The position numbers and the translations under genes were made by a program. A stretch of DNA of 62,494 nt, the filler included, from Stramenopiles sp. TOSAG23-6 (lineage: Eukaryota): assembly GCA_900128565.1 (NCBI GenBank). It is 14 parts of 14 records of this genome, joined end to end, with 100 filler letters (N's around TTAATTAATTAA, not from the genome) between each part and the next. Parts side by side here need not be neighbours in the genome. Positions count along the whole stretch, not along the records: positions 58,157 to 62,494 come from LT637190.1; 13 more parts are not named here. One strand, 5' to 3'. Every line of letters begins with the position of its first letter. The first letter of the stretch is position 1. This document shows positions 60,345-62,494 of this stretch, piece by piece. Below the pieces are notes generated by a model. The model was not told the DNA's origin and searched no databases. It saw nothing but the letters and a program-made list of their open reading frames with translations.

Positions 60345-60716
60345 ATGGGAAGACGGAGGAAAGCAAAGAAACCTAAAAAAAGGCCAAAGCTTGTTGTAGC
60401 TTCGGTATTCAAATGTCCTCATTGCAACCATGAAAAAAGTGTAGAATGTCGAATGGACCAGAGTACAAGCATAGGTGAACTCGCGTGTCGTATTTGTGGA
60501 TCTACATATCAAGCACGCATCAACTATCTAAGTGAACCTGTTGATGTGTACTCCGAATGGTTGGATGAATTGGAACTGGCGAAAGAGCAAGATGAAGAAT
60601 CTGAAGAAGACACTGTGACGGTTCCAGGTACAGGCGCTTTGAGTGATGGAAGAGCGGTACCATCTACAGGTGGGATTTTCTCTGATAGCGATGACTCTGA
60701 TTCTGATTCTGATTAA
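60345..60716 (+). CDS. ELF1: Transcription elongation factor Elf1/ELOF1
   Basis: MGRRRK...FKCPHCNHEKSV...CRICG...INYLSEPVDVYSEWLD. Confidence 0.95.
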   Translation: MGRRRKAKKPKKRPKLVVASVFKCPHCNHEKSVECRMDQSTSIGELACRICGSTYQARINYLSEPVDVYSEWLDELELAKEQDEESEEDTVTVPGTGALSDGRAVPSTGGIFSDSDDSDSDSD

Positions 60717-61005
60717 ATATAAATTCAATGATTCAATGAGCACAGTTTTTTTTATAGTATTCTTCATATTTTCTTCATTTTCAAATGTATAGTAGATATA
60801 TTATATGGATTGAGTAGTATTCAATACCACTATACTGAATGAATAAAATACACTATAAGTTAGGACGTCACCGGACAACTTTTGATTCTTTTTCATACAA
60901 AACTGTGTACCTAACAAAGGTTTAACCTAGAGAACATATCGATGTTTGCATAGTGTAGTATAGCCTATACTATAAGTATAGCTATATAGTATATTAATGT
61001 AAAAA

Positions 61006-61126
61006 ATGTATCCAATGAGCGTAAAAAAAAAACCAAAAAAAAAAACCCTAACACATTTCAAAAAAAATCGTTAGGTACGAAATTTCGTACGAAAAAATAA
61101 ATTTGAAATTGAAAAAAAATAATTAC
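61006..61126 (-). other. Motif-class intron-like element in apparently non-coding DNA
   Basis: GTAATT...TTTCGTACGAAATTTCGTACCTAAC...GGATACAT. Confidence 0.55.
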
Positions 61127-61515
61127 AGTTTGTTCCATTGTTTTTTTATAGAATATATAATAAAATAAGAATACTAACTTATAATGTTAAAAATGGCTTC
61201 ACCAATTTCAACCGTTATTATTCTACATATTCTAAAAACTGTTTATAATGCATCAATATTTTTTGATTTTAATCTTATTTGAAATGTTTCAATTACAAAA
61301 TTGAGCAAAGATTTTGTAAAAAAAAATGTATCTCAAATAGAAAATTGTCATGAAAAATTGTTGCCACAGTGTTGAGAGAGAGAGAGTGTGTTGTTGTACA
61401 CAATATCATAATTAGAGTATATTTTTTTTCTACTTAATTTTCAGAAAATCAAATATAAAAAAATATCTTCTACTATTGAATACAACAACAAACAATGGTT
61501 ATTCTTGTTCTTCAC

Positions 61516-62442
61516 TCACTCGGAGGAATGTTTGCGTCCTCGGAGTCGACTAAAACCCCGACTAAAAAACCCAGACACTCCTTTGTGGATTTCTTTTGCT
61601 CTACGAGTTATTCCTTGTGCTCTACGAGTTATTCCTTGTCGGACATTTTTGAAACCGTTTTTCAAACCTGTCAGAAAGTGTCCNAANCGTGTTTTTTTTN
61701 GNTTTNCNTGCTGCTNCTGTTGCTTCTGCTGCTGCTGGTCCTTCTTCTTCTGCTGCTGGTCCTTCTTCTTCTTCTTCTGAGTCTGATTCTGCTGATGACA
61801 CTGGGTCGACTGAGTCATCTGAGTCTGATTCGTCGTCTGAGTCTGAGTCTGATTCTTCTGCTCCTTCTGATCCTTCTACTTCTGGTGCTGCTTCTGCTGC
61901 TTCTGCTTGTAATTGTTTTTCTTCCTCTTCTGCTTCTGCTTCGTCTGAGTCGTCTGAGTCTGCTTCGTCTGAGTCTGATTCTGATTCTGTTTGTGATTCA
62001 TCTCCTGCTTTTGCTTCTGCTTCTTTTTCACATTCTTGATTGCCTGGCTCTCCTTGTTGATAACACTCGTAAGCTCCTTTCAATTCACGTAACTCCCCGA
62101 GATTTTTACCATGCGGGACAAGTGCTTCTTTACTTTCAAATATCTCAACAGTAGCAAATATTGTTGGTTTTTTTGCTGGTTTTACAGTACAAAGCCAATA
62201 TGCAACATTTCCCTTCTCGTCTCTGCTGTTTTCTGTTAAGTTTTTGAGTACTTCTTCGATCTTTTCGATCTTTTCATCTTTGTCGTTAGCAGGTTTAAAG
62301 GTAACAAGTATTGATACACCCTCTTCTAGCTTGTAGGGAGGCCGCTTCTCATCTGTAGTTCGTTGAAGTTTTTTTTGGCAGTTTTCTTTGCCATTGCATT
62401 GCCCGTTGTCCGTGTTGCATGTGAGTTCGCCATCAGGGATAC
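61516..62442 (-). CDS. Terminal exon: Cys-rich segment, ABM (dimeric alpha-beta barrel)-like domain and acidic low-complexity tail
   Basis: VSILVTFKP...SRDEKGNVAYWL...IFATVEIFESKEALVPH; end uncertain because of Ns at ~61684-61716; preceded by ACAATACAT acceptor. Confidence 0.6.
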
Positions 62443-62494
62443 ATGTATTGTAAAAAAAATTAAATTCGAAATTTGTTAGGTACAAAATTTCGTA

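Overview
This is eukaryotic (protist-like, AT-rich, standard genetic code) DNA. It consists of 14 unrelated ~4.3-4.4 kb contigs, sorted by decreasing length and joined by artificial 100-nt spacers (44 N + TTAATTAATTAA + 44 N), so adjacency across spacers is meaningless; contigs 7 and 8 are the same contig twice. Recognisable genes include MutL/MLH3, ARPC5, ELF1, a WASP-like protein, an hnRNP F/H-type qRRM protein, PH-Sec14, an ankyrin-WW-kinesin-14 fragment, an amino-acid transporter, a DGAT2 tail, a mitochondrial carrier, a GST fragment, Sel1 and ankyrin repeat proteins and a truncated PIWI-like gene. The standout signal is a stereotyped intron class of about 95-195 nt, essentially always in the sense orientation of its host gene. 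It has a donor GTAYGTTT, an extended palindromic branch-like box TTTCGTACGAAATTTYGTACCTAAC and a 3' box GAAATATTTTTCCAAAATA(CAT). By manual frame reconstruction, about 26 of 36 complete introns end in AT instead of AG, 8 end in AG and 2 apparently in TT. Removing GT...AT restores diagnostic motifs (PH-domain Trp, WD40 GH-R, MutL ASKACR, ankyrin repeats), and nearby AGs give stops or frameshifts. This points to an unusual GT-AT splicing system, possibly spread by an Introner-like element. All splice sites are inferred from DNA only and need RNA-seq confirmation.
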